DNA of 64,000 nt from Prasinococcaceae sp. CCMP 1430 (taxonomy: Eukaryota; Plantae; Prasinodermophyta). The translations under genes were made by a program, and so were the position numbers. Numbering within the stretch: position 1 is the first letter of the stretch; each line of letters opens with the position of its first letter. Location: NCBI GenBank assembly GCA_013416795.1, contig RQSC01000032.1, positions 186,001 through 250,000 on the forward strand. Direction: 5' to 3'. Shown in pieces: positions 23,437 through 35,161 of this stretch. Under the pieces are notes generated by a model that saw nothing but the letters and a program-made list of their open reading frames with translations, was not told the origin of the DNA and made no database searches.

Positions 23437-25372
23437 ATGGGTGGATGCCTCAGTAAAGTGCGCTGCAGGTCGGACGATACGAACAAGGGCGGGTGCCTCA
23501 GGAAGGTGTGCTGCAGGTCGGGTGGTGCAAATGAAGAGAACGACGGCAGCGCCAGCCCCGGGCGCGACGGAGAGACAGAGCGCAGCTCGAACAAGGGACG
23601 TTCGCGCAGGCACACAAGGGGCGACCAGTACATGGAGGAGTCCAAGTGGAGGGCCGAGCCGGATTACAAGCGCATCCTGAACAAGATTGGCAACAAGCCT
23701 CTGAACTTCGTCCGGGAGAGCTTCGACCGTCACGCGCAAGACACGGGCAAGCTCGCGCCTGTGCTCACGGAGGATGGGCTCTACGCCCTGTTCTCGGTTG
23801 AAGGTGCGTGATGTACCGCCGATTCAAAATTAGAACGCGCCTGGGGGGCGGACGCGCCGCCTGTGCGTTTCCGCTGACACGGCTTCGACGCGCTGTCGCA
23901 CTTCAGAAAGCCCTTTCCGCCACGCTCTGTTCCGTGCATTAGATGTACATGGCCGTGGCGTGGTCTCCCTGCACTCGCTGGTACGAGGGCTGGCTGTCGT
24001 CGACATAGGAGCGAGCACGCGGTCTGAGCAGCGACCGAGGCGCGAGCTTGCGGCATGGCTCATGCGCAAGGGGAGGAAGCCTCCGCAGGATGCCGATGGC
24101 GCACGCAACAAAAGCTCCGTCCGCCGACGGCATGCCATCGTTTGCGCCGACGACGGTGCGTACTGCTGCGACGCCACGACGCCATAGTGCGCTGCTACGC
24201 GCTGTGCGTGCGTGCGGGACGAAGGCTATTTACTGACATGAGGCTGATGCCCCGCGCACGCCCCAGCCATGTCGAGGTGCGCGTACGAGGATGCCTACGG
24301 CGACGCCCTCGACACGTTCAGCCAATTGATCAGACAGCATCACGGCGGCGTCTTATCCGGGGCTCAATTTCATGCTGTCCTCTACCAGAAGTCCTTCAAG
24401 GTGGCCATGGCGTTCGACCAAGTATACGATCGCATCAAGCTGCTGGCGATGACGTGCAGACAGGCCGTGCGCCAGCTCGAGGGCGGTGATTTGATGGACC
24501 GCTTCGATGAGTTGCGCGACACTGAGATCCCGTGGCCCTACCCCGAAGGCGAGAGCGACTCTGGTGAGAGCGAAAGCGAATGCACTAGAGGTGACGGCGA
24601 CGGTGAGGACAAAAGTGGCAGCACGCAGCCTGCACGAGGTGATCCGCGTCGTCCCAACCTCCGCAATCTTCACAATCCGGACACGCTGTCGAAGGAGTTC
24701 CCCAGCAGGGAGGTAGAGGAGCTGCGCCAAAAGGACATCAAAAACTCCCGTCTGCGCGCGCTCAGCGTGATGCCGCGGCGGCCATCCATGAATACCGCGG
24801 GCGGTGTGGGCATGAGGGCGCGCCAGTCAGTGATGCAAGAGGCGGCGAATGGAGGGCTCAGTGGTGATGAAGTCGGCGACGCCCGGCTCGCGCGCACGCG
24901 ATCCGATGACGTCGGGGCCATGCGCTTGTTGCGGCCTCGGCAGGACGGCATTGAAGGACGTGCATCGGGTCGGTCGCCGCTCCACGCGAGCAGCCGCCCT
25001 CCCTCGATAGCGCTCGCGCGAGGAAATAGCGCCGACGCCACCCGCATGGCGCATTTGTCGTTGAGGCCGCCCGTTCCAAAGAGCATGGCCATAGACACGG
25101 CGGCGCTCGGTCGTGCTGCGGCGGCCGCCGAAGCTTCTCGGCCACATGACATGCAGCAGCCGTTGGCCTCCGGTCCCCTGCCGTTTGATCACGCCTCTGC
25201 AGTGTCGCTCGAGGAGCGCGGCCGTCGCAGCAGTGAGAGCGGTGTGTCCTACGGGCGCCACAGTGCCGACGCGCTCTCCGGAGGCGGCCGGCCACCCATG
25301 CCCCAAAAGAGACGATACTCCTTCACTGGCGCATACAGCGAGTTGCCCGGGCAGGCCAACTCGCACCGGTAG
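23437..25372 (+). CDS. Predicted N-myristoylated/palmitoylated protein with a degenerate EF-hand-like segment; introns 23804-23906 and 24156-24266
   Basis: Starts MGGCLSK. Splicing gives ESPFRHALFRALDVHGRGVVSLHSLVRGLAVV (EF-hand-like). Both junction pairs are GT-AG and keep the frame; disordered C-terminal tail. Confidence 0.6.
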
Positions 25373-25521
25373 GAAGGCAGGTCTGGAGCGGCCTGGTTCC
25401 CCATTCTGCCGCCAAGCTCGGCGAGTCGACCGCGCGGGCGCCCAGTAATACCCTGTTTTCTTCGCACGAGCCAGCGTCGACGCGCGCACGTCGTGCCTCG
25501 AGCCCAATTTTCATTAGACTA

Positions 25522-25537
25522 TTAGGGTTTAGGGTTT
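25522..25537 (-). promoter_or_regulatory. Tandem telo-box (TTAGGGTTTAGGGTTT) upstream of DedA
   Basis: Two consecutive TTTAGGG-type units. Confidence 0.55.
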
Positions 25538-25735
25538 ACTTTCTTGCTGTACGGTGCAAGTGCAGTGCAGTGGGCACGGCACGAGGAGGCACCGCCCGGC
25601 TGGCGGATGGATAAGTCTTGCGCACAAGTCCGCGCCAGTGTTGCGAGGAGAGTGGGGGGGGCATAGCGCGGGCGGTGGGCGCGGGCGGGGTGGAAGGAGG
25701 TGGAGAGGCGGTAAGTGGCTCGCTTGGGCGAAGCA

Positions 25736-26722
25736 ATGGCCACGGCGGTGGCCGCGGCGGCTGCGGCGCGCGACGCGGCCGCCGCCGCGTGTCGCGGTGC
25801 GCTGCCACGCGCGCTACTGCTTGGGGCGCTGGTGTGCGCGGCAGCCGCCGCGTTGCCTGCGGCGCCCGCGCTCGCCGCCGACGGTGGCGGCTCGGCCCTC
25901 GCGTCGGCCGTCAGTTTCGTGCTGCACCTCGACAAGGTGAGAAAGCATATGCCCACACGCGCCCATGCCACCCGGCCCCGTCGGCCGCATCCGTGGGACA
26001 AGTGCACGTGCGATTCGCGCCGACCTGACATCATCCACCCCTGCGCGTGGCCGCCGCACGCACGCGCTCGCGCGCGCCATCCCTGCCCACATCCTACCCA
26101 CACCCCCAAACGCGCACGGTTGCAGTCGATGGCGTCCATCATCGCGCAGTACGGCACTGCGACGTACGCCATCCTGTTCGGCATCGTCTTCTGTGAGACA
26201 GGTCTGGTGGTGACGCCCTTCCTTCCGGGTGACAGCCTGCTGTTCGCTTGCGGCGCGTTCGCCGCGCTCGGCTCGCTCAACCTGGCGCTGGTGGTGGGGC
26301 TGCTCTTCGGAGCGGCGGTGATGGGGGACGCGCTCAACTACACCATCGGGAAGACCGCGGGTGAGTGGATGCTTGCTAAGGGGGTGGTCAAGCAGAGCAT
26401 GCTCGACAAAACTGAGGACTTTTATGCCAAGTACGGCGGCAAGACCATCGTGCTGGCGCGCTTCGTGCCCATTGTTCGCACCTTCGCGCCCTTCGTGGCG
26501 GGCATGTCGCGCATGGAGTACACCAAGTTCGCGGCGTACAACGTAGGCGGAGCGGCGCTGTGGATCGGTCTCTTCACAACTGTGGGCTACCTCTTCGGCA
26601 ATCTCCCTGTCGTGCAGCATAACTTCACGCTCGTCGTGCTGGGCATTGTGGTCATGTCGCTCGTGCCTATCGTCATTGAGATCCTGCAGGCCCGACAGGA
26701 GGCCAAGCTGAAAGAGGCTTAG
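25736..26722 (+). CDS. DedA/SNARE-associated (VTT) membrane protein, probably plastid-targeted; intron about 25937-26125; start uncertain
   Basis: [30 protein letters not shown]...[28 protein letters not shown], the DedA signature, after an Ala-rich leader. Confidence 0.9.
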   Translation: MATAVAAAAAARDAAAAACRGALPRALLLGALVCAAAAALPAAPALAADGGGSALASAVSFVLHLDKVRKHMPTRAHATRPRRPHPWDKCTCDSRRPDIIHPCAWPPHARARARHPCPHPTHTPKRARLQSMASIIAQYGTATYAILFGIVFCETGLVVTPFLPGDSLLFACGAFAALGSLNLALVVGLLFGAAVMGDALNYTIGKTAGEWMLAKGVVKQSMLDKTEDFYAKYGGKTIVLARFVPIVRTFAPFVAGMSRMEYTKFAAYNVGGAALWIGLFTTVGYLFGNLPVVQHNFTLVVLGIVVMSLVPIVIEILQARQEAKLKEA

Positions 26723-26822
26723 TCAATGCTTCCAACACGTGGGGTGCATGCCTAGCTAGAGGTAGGCGCGGCGGGCGCTAAACCGTCGAGCGCGCAGGGC
26801 GACCGTGAGCGGCCTCCGCCAC

Positions 26823-28469
26823 TCACCGCTGCAGGTCGCGCCCACGCCTCGCGGCGTCCGCCATCGCCTCATTGACCGTGGCACGCACTGAGCCACGGCT
26901 GAGCAGCCTCTCGCGTAGCCTCTCGCGCGTGGTCTTGCGGCGTTTGCGCCTGCGCGCGTTTGCGGCCTCCTCGCGCTGCAGATCTCGCGCTCGCTGCGCG
27001 TCGCCCGCGGTCGCCTCCGCGCGATCCTGCTCATACTGAAAGCGCGCCTCGGCAGCGGCCATGTCGCCGCCAGCGGCGGCCACCGCGCCCGCCGCGCGTA
27101 GCGCGAGGTCGTTGTGAGTAACGTTTGCGGCGGCCTCGCCGGGCAAGCGTCGTCCACCCGAACCACCAGGAGTGCGCTCCAGGCCAGTGCCGATGCCCGG
27201 TCCACGCCGCCGCCGATGGCCAGCCGCACTCACGTACTCCGCCCATCCGCCCTCGCCAAGCGGATTGCCTCCGCGACCTCCTGTTGCAGCGTTCGGAGGA
27301 CCTAGTGAACTCGTATGAGCTCCGCTAGGACCGGCACCGTCGCCGGCTCCGTCGTAGCCGTCACCGACTTCCACGCCGGCGTCCGCACAGCGATGCAAGA
27401 GAGAGTCGAGCCGCGCACGCGCACGCACAAGCGCCCGCAGCGCGCCGCCGCTGCCGCCGCCGCCGCCGCTGCCGCTGCCGCCGTCGCCACCATTGCTTCC
27501 GCTCCCGCTTCCAGCAGCACGAGCTGCGCTTGACTCAGTCGCAACGGTGCCAAGGCGCGTGACCGCTGTGCTCGCGCGCGGCCGCAGGCTCGCGGTGGCC
27601 ACACGGCAGAGCTCCTCCAGTTCGGCGAGAAGCACGGGATCAGCGGCGCCACCTCGTGACTGTGGCCGTTGCTGCAGCTGCTGCGCCTCCGCAGAGAGTT
27701 GCGCGTACGCAGCCCGCACTGCGCGTGTCTCCGCCTCCGCCTCGAGCTCCTCCTCGTCGTCCTGACCGTCCGCGGCGGTCCCGCCGAGGTACTCCTCCCA
27801 GTCGGATTCGTCCGACTCCTTGGCGTCGACGGCCGCCGGGGCCTCGAGCAGCCCAAGGCATCGTTCGATGGTCACGCTGTGCTCTTCGAGCGCCGCGGTG
27901 ACCTCATGCGCGGCGTCCACGGCTGCGGCGGCGGCGCGGCGAGCTGCTACGTCGCGCGCAGCATCCGCATTCGTGCCGGGTTGCTCCTCGTCGGGCATCT
28001 CGACGCCGGGTGTGCCACGGAGGTAGCGCACGGCCATCGCGAAGCGCCGATCAGACCGGCCGAAGCGCGCGGACCAGCGAACCATCGCTACAAGTGCCCG
28101 CTCGCGTAATGTGCGCGCCGACTGCCGTGGCGGGGGCAGCGGGCAGCAACGACCGTGCGCGACCCCGGCGCACTGCTGCAACACCGTCGGCAGCTCTGCC
28201 GCCACCATTGCGCGCACGGCCACGCTACGCATCACGAGGTCGTCCAGCACAACCAGCGCCAGGTAGCGCGCCTGCGCGCTGTTCTCATCGGCAAGCTGCG
28301 CAAAGAGCATGTCGGGGGCGGCGCGGATCTCCTCCTGAGAGCACACGCGCGCGGCGGATCGTATCGCCCCCAGCCGGGCGGGCGTGACGTCGGGGGCGCA
28401 CGCGTCCCCAACAGCCGCGTAGATTGCCTCCTCGAGCGCGCGCTGACGCTGCGCGGAGAGTAGCGCCAT
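26823..28469 (-). CDS. UVSSA: UV-stimulated scaffold protein A (TC-NER factor)
   Basis: VHS-like N-terminus: LFAQLADENSAQARYLALVVLDDLVMRS...PLPPPRQSARTLRERAL...WSARFG...AVRYLR. C-terminal RERLRERLLSRGSVRATVNEAM. Confidence 0.8.
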   Translation of the reverse strand: MALLSAQRQRALEEAIYAAVGDACAPDVTPARLGAIRSAARVCSQEEIRAAPDMLFAQLADENSAQARYLALVVLDDLVMRSVAVRAMVAAELPTVLQQCAGVAHGRCCPLPPPRQSARTLRERALVAMVRWSARFGRSDRRFAMAVRYLRGTPGVEMPDEEQPGTNADAARDVAARRAAAAAVDAAHEVTAALEEHSVTIERCLGLLEAPAAVDAKESDESDWEEYLGGTAADGQDDEEELEAEAETRAVRAAYAQLSAEAQQLQQRPQSRGGAADPVLLAELEELCRVATASLRPRASTAVTRLGTVATESSAARAAGSGSGSNGGDGGSGSGGGGGSGGALRALVRARARLDSLLHRCADAGVEVGDGYDGAGDGAGPSGAHTSSLGPPNAATGGRGGNPLGEGGWAEYVSAAGHRRRRGPGIGTGLERTPGGSGGRRLPGEAAANVTHNDLALRAAGAVAAAGGDMAAAEARFQYEQDRAEATAGDAQRARDLQREEAANARRRKRRKTTRERLRERLLSRGSVRATVNEAMADAARRGRDLQR

Positions 28470-28632
28470 GTTCGCGTCTGTGTGCCCAGCAGAGCTCGCG
28501 GCGTACATCGTGGGCGTCCCTTGAAGCTCGTCTGGGACGCGCCTGTAGTCGGCTGGCTACCTGTTGCTCACTATTCTGCACCACCTCCACCCTCAACGCT
28601 CGAAGCGACGCGCAGCCGTCGGTCGTGGGCGC

Positions 28633-28881
28633 TCACTTAAACTTTTCCTCGAGCAGCTTGCGAATGTCGATGTCTGGTCCCGCGCGGCCCTCTTCGACCG
28701 CCTGCCGCAGCTCACGCATGCGCTCTGCCTCGATGTTCACCACCTTCTCATAGAAGCCCGTCTTGATCATGAAGAGCTCCATCGCCGCGCCTGTGGCAAA
28801 GCACCCTGCCGCGAGCCGCAAGAGGAACGGCCCGTCGAACGCGGCCGCCGCGCGTCGCGCAGCGCCCGTGCTGCCGGACAT
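28633..28881 (-). CDS. Small single-TM protein, SMIM4/UQCC5 (UPF0640)-like, 82 aa
   Basis: FLLRLAAGCFATGAAMELFMIKTGFYEKV resembles the F..G..ME..MIK...FY motif of SMIM4; clean ATG-to-stop ORF. Confidence 0.65.
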   Translation of the reverse strand: MSGSTGAARRAAAAFDGPFLLRLAAGCFATGAAMELFMIKTGFYEKVVNIEAERMRELRQAVEEGRAGPDIDIRKLLEEKFK

Positions 28882-29246
28882 GCGCGCGCGCACCCCCGCG
28901 CCTGCCTGGAGCCCGGCCCGCTCCCGGGGCCGCGGGGCGCAGTGTCGTCTGGCGTGCGCGCCTTGGTGGAGGAGGCAAGGAAGGGGGGGAGTGGAAGTGC
29001 TTGCAACCCCCGCAGCACCAAGAGTCGTGCTGCTCTGCGGGCACAGCGAGAGGCCGTACCACCGGCGAATAGCCGAGCGGCGAGGACGGGAGGGTTGGGG
29101 GGCACCAAGACCAAGTGCGCAGTGTGCCACGGCGGCCGCGCGCTGCGTGCTGCTCTGCTGGCGTGTCGGCTGCCGCCCCGCGCGTGCAGCCCTTAGCCCA
29201 AGGGTGGAGATGCCGGGCCTGCTGCTCGGCGCGTCGAATCCCCCAA

Positions 29247-29267
29247 TTAGGATTAGGGTTAGGGTTA
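29247..29267 (-). promoter_or_regulatory. Telomere-like TTAGGATTAGGGTTAGGGTTA in the SMIM4-like/MRPL22 divergent promoter
   Basis: Three TTAGG(G/A) units in tandem. Confidence 0.5.
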
Positions 29268-29355
29268 ACTCAAACACGACCCCTATTCGCGCTCACATGC
29301 CATCGGCACACGCGGATGATTGGCGGAGCAGGTGCGCGCCACACCAAAGGCAACG

Positions 29356-29356
<1 letters not shown>

Positions 29357-29408
<52 letters not shown>

Positions 29409-29433
29409 ACCCCCCCCCCCCCCCCCCCCCCCC
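29357..29433. repeat. Near-pure poly-C/poly-G tract (about 75 nt); similar tracts at 9773-9803, 18909-18948, 18990-19014, 56727-56748, 63628-63644
   Basis: Directly visible homopolymer runs, several abutting N gaps. Confidence 0.8.
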
Positions 29434-29547
29434 CTCTTTCTCCCTGGGCGCGTGCGCCACGCCGTGCGCCCCGCGAGCACACGCTTGCGAGCAGACTGCG
29501 CCGCACGCGCGAGCGCGCGAGCGCGCGTCCCTTGGTGGCGGCGCGAC

Positions 29548-30429
29548 ATGCTGCGCAGGTGCACAGCCGCGGCTGCTGGCGCGTGTGCTAGGGCGCGGTC
29601 GCAGGCTCTTGCAGTGGCCACGACGCGGGTACCGGCGGCGCAGGTGGCACCTGTGCGGGGGGTCGCTGCGGCCGTGGTGCGCGCTTTCGAGTCGCTCGCT
29701 GTGGACGCGCGTGCGTGGCAGACGCGTGGTTCCGACGGCGCGGCGGGGGTGCTGCCGCCGCTTGCGAGGTCGTTCGCCGCAGGAACAGGCGAGGGCAAGG
29801 CCGAGGCCGAGGCTGAGGCCAAGGCGGAGTCCGAGGTCGTCGAGCAGCAGGCGGAGCAGCCGAAGGCGTCGGTAGGCGACGACGTGGATTACGAGATCGT
29901 CAACGCCAACCCGCTCAGCGGTGCTGTTGCTGGTAGGGCGGGCAGTGGCGACGGGGGTGCACCGGGTGCGGCTGTGGGCGTGCGCGGGGCAGCTGTGCGC
30001 GAGTTTCGGGTACGCCGGCGCAACCAGAAGCACTCGCCGAAGAAGCTGAACCAGTTGGCCAAGCTCATTCGCGGCATGTCCATGCGCGACGCCGTGTTGC
30101 AGTGCCAACTCTCGCCCAAGAAAGCCGCCAAGATAATGCTGAAAGTGCTCGACAACGCCGCGTACATCGCGCACAAGAACTACTCGCTCGACCCGTCGAG
30201 ATTGCGCGTGAAGATTTGCGACATCGGCAAAGGCTCTGCGGCGCCCAACAAGCGCATCGCGTACCACGCGCGTGGTCGCGCGGGCCTGATCGTGAAGAGC
30301 AGTGCGCACGTCAACATGGTCGTCGAGCATGTGCCCAAGGGGGAGCCGCTGCACCACGTCACGCGCGTCACGAAGCGCTGGGGCGCCGAGAGGAACACTG
30401 GCTTCAGGACGGGGCACCGCAGGACGTAA
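29548..30429 (+). CDS. MRPL22: Mitochondrial ribosomal protein uL22m
   Basis: HSPKKLNQLAKLIRGM...KKAAKIMLKVLDNA...KRIAYHARGRAG...AHVNMVVE, after an Arg/Ala-rich presequence. Confidence 0.88.
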   Translation: MLRRCTAAAAGACARARSQALAVATTRVPAAQVAPVRGVAAAVVRAFESLAVDARAWQTRGSDGAAGVLPPLARSFAAGTGEGKAEAEAEAKAESEVVEQQAEQPKASVGDDVDYEIVNANPLSGAVAGRAGSGDGGAPGAAVGVRGAAVREFRVRRRNQKHSPKKLNQLAKLIRGMSMRDAVLQCQLSPKKAAKIMLKVLDNAAYIAHKNYSLDPSRLRVKICDIGKGSAAPNKRIAYHARGRAGLIVKSSAHVNMVVEHVPKGEPLHHVTRVTKRWGAERNTGFRTGHRRT

Positions 30430-30528
30430 GAATCCATCCCATTTTTGCCGAGCGCGCTTGCCGCGCTCGCGCTCATGCGTGTGCGCGCCGCACGCTGTGG
30501 CACATGGTCGCGCACAGAACACTGCCAT

Positions 30529-31758
30529 TTACGGCTTCATCTCGTAGACGCCCTTCTCGGCGGAGGCGACGATGACGCTGCTGCTCATGCCAATGAAGAG
30601 ACCGTGGTCGACGACACCCACGGTGTTCTTGAGCTCGGCGGCGGCAGCCGGCGCGTCCTTGATGGGCTCGGTGAAATGAAGGTCCACGATGTAGTTGCCG
30701 TTGTCCGTCACGGCCGGCTCGTCACCGTCAGGCTGCACGGAAGGAGCAAACAGGGCAAGCGCAGAAGCGGAGGGGCAACGTCAGCTGGAGCTCGACGCAG
30801 CGTGGGCACGAACGGCGCGATCGTGCTTGCGCACCGCTGCTCACATCGTCCACACTTGAAGTGGACCCGAGCGATTGGACGCAACGCTTGCGCCGACCCG
30901 TCGGAAGCGCCCGGCGCGCCCCACCCATCTCTCCCCGCCCCCCCCCACACCCACAGATGCGTGCGCACGGATCCCTTCCCGGCCGTCAAAGCAGCGCGAA
31001 CGCCACTCTGGTCTGCGCACCTTGTTAGACTGCGACGTGCCCATGCGCAGCACGGCGTTGCAGCCGGCCACGCTGGGGAGCGCGGCGATCTTGCGCAGCG
31101 TGTGCATGTGGCAGAACGGCGTGATCTCCACCGGCAGGGGGAAGCCCGGGCCGAGGCCGTCACAGAGCTTGGACTCATCGACGATGACGATGAACTTGTC
31201 GGCGCAGACCTCGACCATCTTCTCGCGGAGCAGCGCGCCGCCGCCGCCCTTCACAAGGTTGAGGTCGGGGTCGACCTCGTCGGCGCCGTCGATGGCCACG
31301 TCGAGGTGCGGGCACGTGTCGAGCGTCTCGAGCGGGATGTCCAGCGACTTGGCCTGCTCGTACGTCGCGATGGACGTCGGCACGGCGGTAATGTCGGTGA
31401 GCTCACCCGAGGCCATGAGCTCGCCGATGCGCGCCACGGCGAACGCCGCCGTCGAGCCGGTGCCTAGGCCCACCTTCATGCCGCTCTTCACATACTCGAC
31501 GGCCTTCCACGCCGTCTGCTGCTTGAGCTTGTCCTGCGCGGAGAGCTCGCTCATGGCGGCGGCCGCGCGGCGCGGGGCGGCTGCGCGCGCGGCTGAGCGG
31601 CAGCGCAGGCCATCGCAGGGAGCGTGTGCGCGCGTTCGCCACGTCGGGCGAGCGGTCTGGCGCAGCGCGCCCGCAGCCCGCCGCCTCGCAGCCCGCCGCC
31701 TCGCGCCTCGCGCGCAAGCTGCGCCCGCTGCGGATAACACACCGCCATCAAAACGCAT
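30529..31758 (-). CDS. RPI: Ribose-5-phosphate isomerase A, probably plastid; intron 30733-31020; start may be 31758 (with transit peptide) or 31554
   Basis: GLGTGSTAAF, DVAIDGADEVD, KGGGGALLREK and, after splicing, VTDNGNYIVDL...GVVDHGLF. Confidence 0.95.
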
Positions 31759-32229
31759 GCGGCGCGTGTGCGCCACACATTCGGCGCAGGCGAGCGCGCG
31801 CATGCCATCAATCGCACGCCATCGCCGAATGCATTTTGACCTCGCGCTCCGCCGTGCGATTTGATGGATGGAGGGGCCGCGACCGATCGGCCGGCGCGCG
31901 CGTGCGCGCTCTGGTGCCACACACCCGGTCTGCGATGGGGGAGATCGGGCCATTGCGCGAGTCGGTTGGTTCATGCTCCGATGCAAAGACCCGGTTCAGA
32001 CCCGGGCGTCCCGACCGCATGCAAACTGACGGACGGCCCGGCGCGCGACACCCACCCGCGCGGGCAGACTGCGCGCGCAGGGGCAGCGCGGGGCGCGGGG
32101 TGCGCACGGCTGGGGAAGGGGAGAGGGGGACCTGGAGAGGGGGAGAGTTGAAGGGCGGGCAAGGTGGAGTGAGGAAAGGACGGTGGCAGTGGCGACGACG
32201 GGGGCGCCCTCGCCGCCTGGCGCTCCGCG

Positions 32230-32968
32230 ATGGGCCAGACCGTGAGCCAATTGACGCAGTACGACATCGAGGAGCTGCAGTTTGCTTGCAGCAACGCGTT
32301 CACGCAGGCGGAGATCTCCTCGCTGTACGCGCGCTTCTGCAAGCTCGACCGAAATCAGAAGGGCTTCCTCTCGGCGGACGACTTGCTCAAGCTGCCTGAG
32401 CTCGCGCTCACCAACCTCAGCACGAGGATTAGGTGCGTGCCACGCCCGCCTGCGCCCCTACCTCGAGGCGCGAGTGCCACGGCGCCGTGAGGCGAAGAAG
32501 CGCTGGCACGACACTCCGCGGCCCGCGCGCACATGAGTTGGCACGCGTAGCCCCGCGTGCTAGGACGCCCCCTGTGCTGACGCGGTGCCTGCGTCCGCCT
32601 CGGCGACGCGCTCGCGCCCCCCGCACGTGCCCCACAGCCGCGTGTTCGAGAACTGCAACTTCAAGGAGTTCCTTTGCCTCCTCGCACCACTCTCGCAGCG
32701 TAGCACGGCGAGCGACCGCCTCAAGTTCTTCTTTGAGGTCTACGACGTAGATGGCGACGGCCGCGTTTGTGCGCGTGACCTGTACATCATTCTGCATGAG
32801 ATGACCGGCGACAATCTCACCGTGGGGCAGACGGAGCGCATTATCGAGGCCGCGCTTGCTGACGCGGGCGTCGGTGCGGACGGCTCGCTCGGCCTCGACG
32901 ACTTCGCGCGGATATTCGACGGCCACGACCTCGGCCTCGAGCCGTTGCGGCCGCCGCCCCTCTATTGA
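32230..32968 (+). CDS. Calcineurin-B/CHP-like EF-hand protein with N-myristoylation motif; intron 32433-32637
   Basis: MGQTVSQLTQYDIEELQ...LYARFCKLDRNQKGFLS...NFKEFL...FFEVYDVDGDGRV. Confidence 0.88.
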
Positions 32969-33100
32969 AGGCGCTTGCCTCAGCGCAGGAGGCCACGCGC
33001 ATGCGCAGCCGTTTGTCGAGGCCGCTTATTAATACTGTATGTTACAAGAGCTCCCAGCCGCGCCGGCGCGCGACAGAGCCGCTCGCCACGCAGGCCCGAG

Positions 33101-33938
33101 CTAGTGGTGGTAGGGCTCGCCGCGGAGGATGGCGTGCGCCCTGCGCGCGCGCGGCGCGGCGGCGACGTCAGTGGCGGTGGGGGCGCCAGCGCGCGCGTGC
33201 GCATTCGGGCTGGCGAGAGCGCGATTGTGTGGCGCGGAGCAAACGCGCGCGATGGGAGAGGGATTGTGTAGCGCTGAGCCGCGCGTACCTGTACAGCGCC
33301 TCGACGATGACCAGCCTCGCCACCTCGTGGTTCAGGACGAGGTCGCTCAGCCGCAGCAGCTTGTGCGCGCGCTTCTGCGCCTCCTCGCCGTGTCCGAACG
33401 GCCCGCCGAGCACAAACGCGACGCCTCGCTCGCCTCGATCGCCAGCGTCGGCGATCATGTCAGCGAGGCCCTCGGACGTCGCGCGCTCGCCCCGCTCGTC
33501 GAGCAGGACGACGAAGTAGCCCAGCTGAGCAGCGCAGGAGGGGGGTTAGGTCATTTGTCCGGGGGGCGGGGGCGGCAGGGCCGCGGGCACGCTCGTCGCG
33601 TCAGCTGCGCGGCGCGCAGCGAGGCGTCCGCTGGCTCGCGCTGGCTGGCAGACGCCGCCTGCGGATCGGCGGGGCGCGCGGGCACGCACCTCGTCGAGGT
33701 GTCGCGCAACCCTGGCCCCCTCCGCCTCGCACGCCGCGTCGACGTCCCCCGCCGCGCCCTTCGGATTGGGCTTCACCCTCACCTCCTTGAAGGGCGCGTA
33801 CCTGTTGAGCCTCGTGGCGTACTCCTCCTCGAGGCCGTCCCGCTTCCACGCGCGCTTGGCGACGCTGACTAGCACGCACGGCAGCGGGCGGTAGTGTCGC
33901 GCCTTGCGCCTCGGCGCTCCGCGCGCCGCGCCGCGCAC
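33101..33938 (-). CDS. rlmH: RlmH-like SPOUT rRNA methyltransferase; last intron 33141-33288, another about 33515-33690; 5' end uncertain
   Basis: EEEYATRLNRY, VVLLDERGE, FVLGGPFGHG, LRLSDLVLNHEVARLVIVEALYR|AHAILRGEPYHH*. TGTAA on the minus strand at 33042-33046. Confidence 0.85.
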
Positions 33939-34864
33939 CGCTGCGCGCCGCGCCTGCGCTAGCCCTGACCCCCCCGCCGCCCGCTCGCGGCTCAGGGTGT
34001 GGCGTCCCTCGGCCGTCGGCGCCGCCGCCCCCCACCGGCCGCCATGCCCCTGCCACAGAGGCCGAGCGCCGCGCGGACGGCGTCCCCTCGCTCGCCGCGC
34101 CCGGTGCCAGCTCCCTCAGGTGCGAACCCTCTCAACCTGACCCGACCCCAACCCACCCGGGGCAGGCTCTGCCAGCCGGCGAAGGGACCCGGGGCCCTCC
34201 TACCCTCCCCTGGCGTGCCTCGGTCCGTCGGGAGCGCACATACAGTATGCGCCCACAGACGGAGAGGAGGCTCTCGCCGGCCTCGCCCTCCCCCCTCCCT
34301 CGCCCGCAGCCGGGGCCCGGCGCCGCCGCGCCCTCGTCGGCGTCGCACAGTAAGCTTCTTAGTGCTGCGCGTATGCGCGCGCGCGCCCCGCATGGCAAAA
34401 GACCAACACGACTTCGTTCGGCCGGGTGCGCCGTTTTTTTGTGGTTGGCGGCGCGCGTGGCGCGCGCGCGCGCGCGCGCGCACAGGCGGATCGCACACAC
34501 CCAAAAACAAACAAGAAAATGCACGCGCGCGCGCGCGGCCGCGCCTTTTTTCTCGCCTGGCGGAATCCGTGATGGCGGAAGGCGCGCGACACGCCCAAGA
34601 GGCGGAACCCACCAACTGCGCGGACTGAATTGCTGACCTCCGTGGAGGATTCCACGCATTTCGGGTTCGCTTGCGGAATCCAAGCCTCGCACGTTTTTAT
34701 TTTTTTATTTATTTTCCGCGGCGGGCCGTGCGGGGCAGATCAGATCCCATCCCCGCGCCGCGGGCGGTGCGAATTTCCGCGCGCGTTTCGCGCGCGCGCG
34801 CGCGCGGGCGAGGCTGGGCGGGCGCAGGGGCGAATTCGCGGAAAGGGGGGAATTCGCGCGGCCG

Positions 34865-35104
34865 CTTGGGCGCAGCATCGGGACGCAGGCGGATCAGCAC
34901 GCGGCCGCCGGTCGACAGGTCGAGCACCCAGGTCTCGGCCGGATCGGCGGGGACGACAGCGGGATAGATGCTGTTCACATCCGCGGCGCTTACGCCCTTG
35001 AGCGGCTCAGCGACCGGCTTGGGGGCTTTGCCGCCGCCCTGGGCGAGGGCAGGGGTGGCAAACATCATCAAGGCCGAAGCGGCCAGCGCGGCAACGAAAC
35101 GCAT
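34865..35104 (-). pseudogene. 5' fragment of a bacterial secreted peptidyl-prolyl isomerase (cyclophilin) gene, Sphingomonadales-type, truncated
   Basis: Sec signal peptide MRFVAALAASALMMFATPALA-Q, then WVLDLSTGGRVLIRLRPDAAPK. The frame then runs into unrelated algal sequence. Purine-rich RBS-like stretch before the ATG; located 57 nt downstream of the coaD stop. Confidence 0.75.
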
Positions 35105-35161
35105 TAACTTCCCCACTCCAAACCCATTCTCGACTGGCCGCTCTAGCCCAATCGCGCGGGC

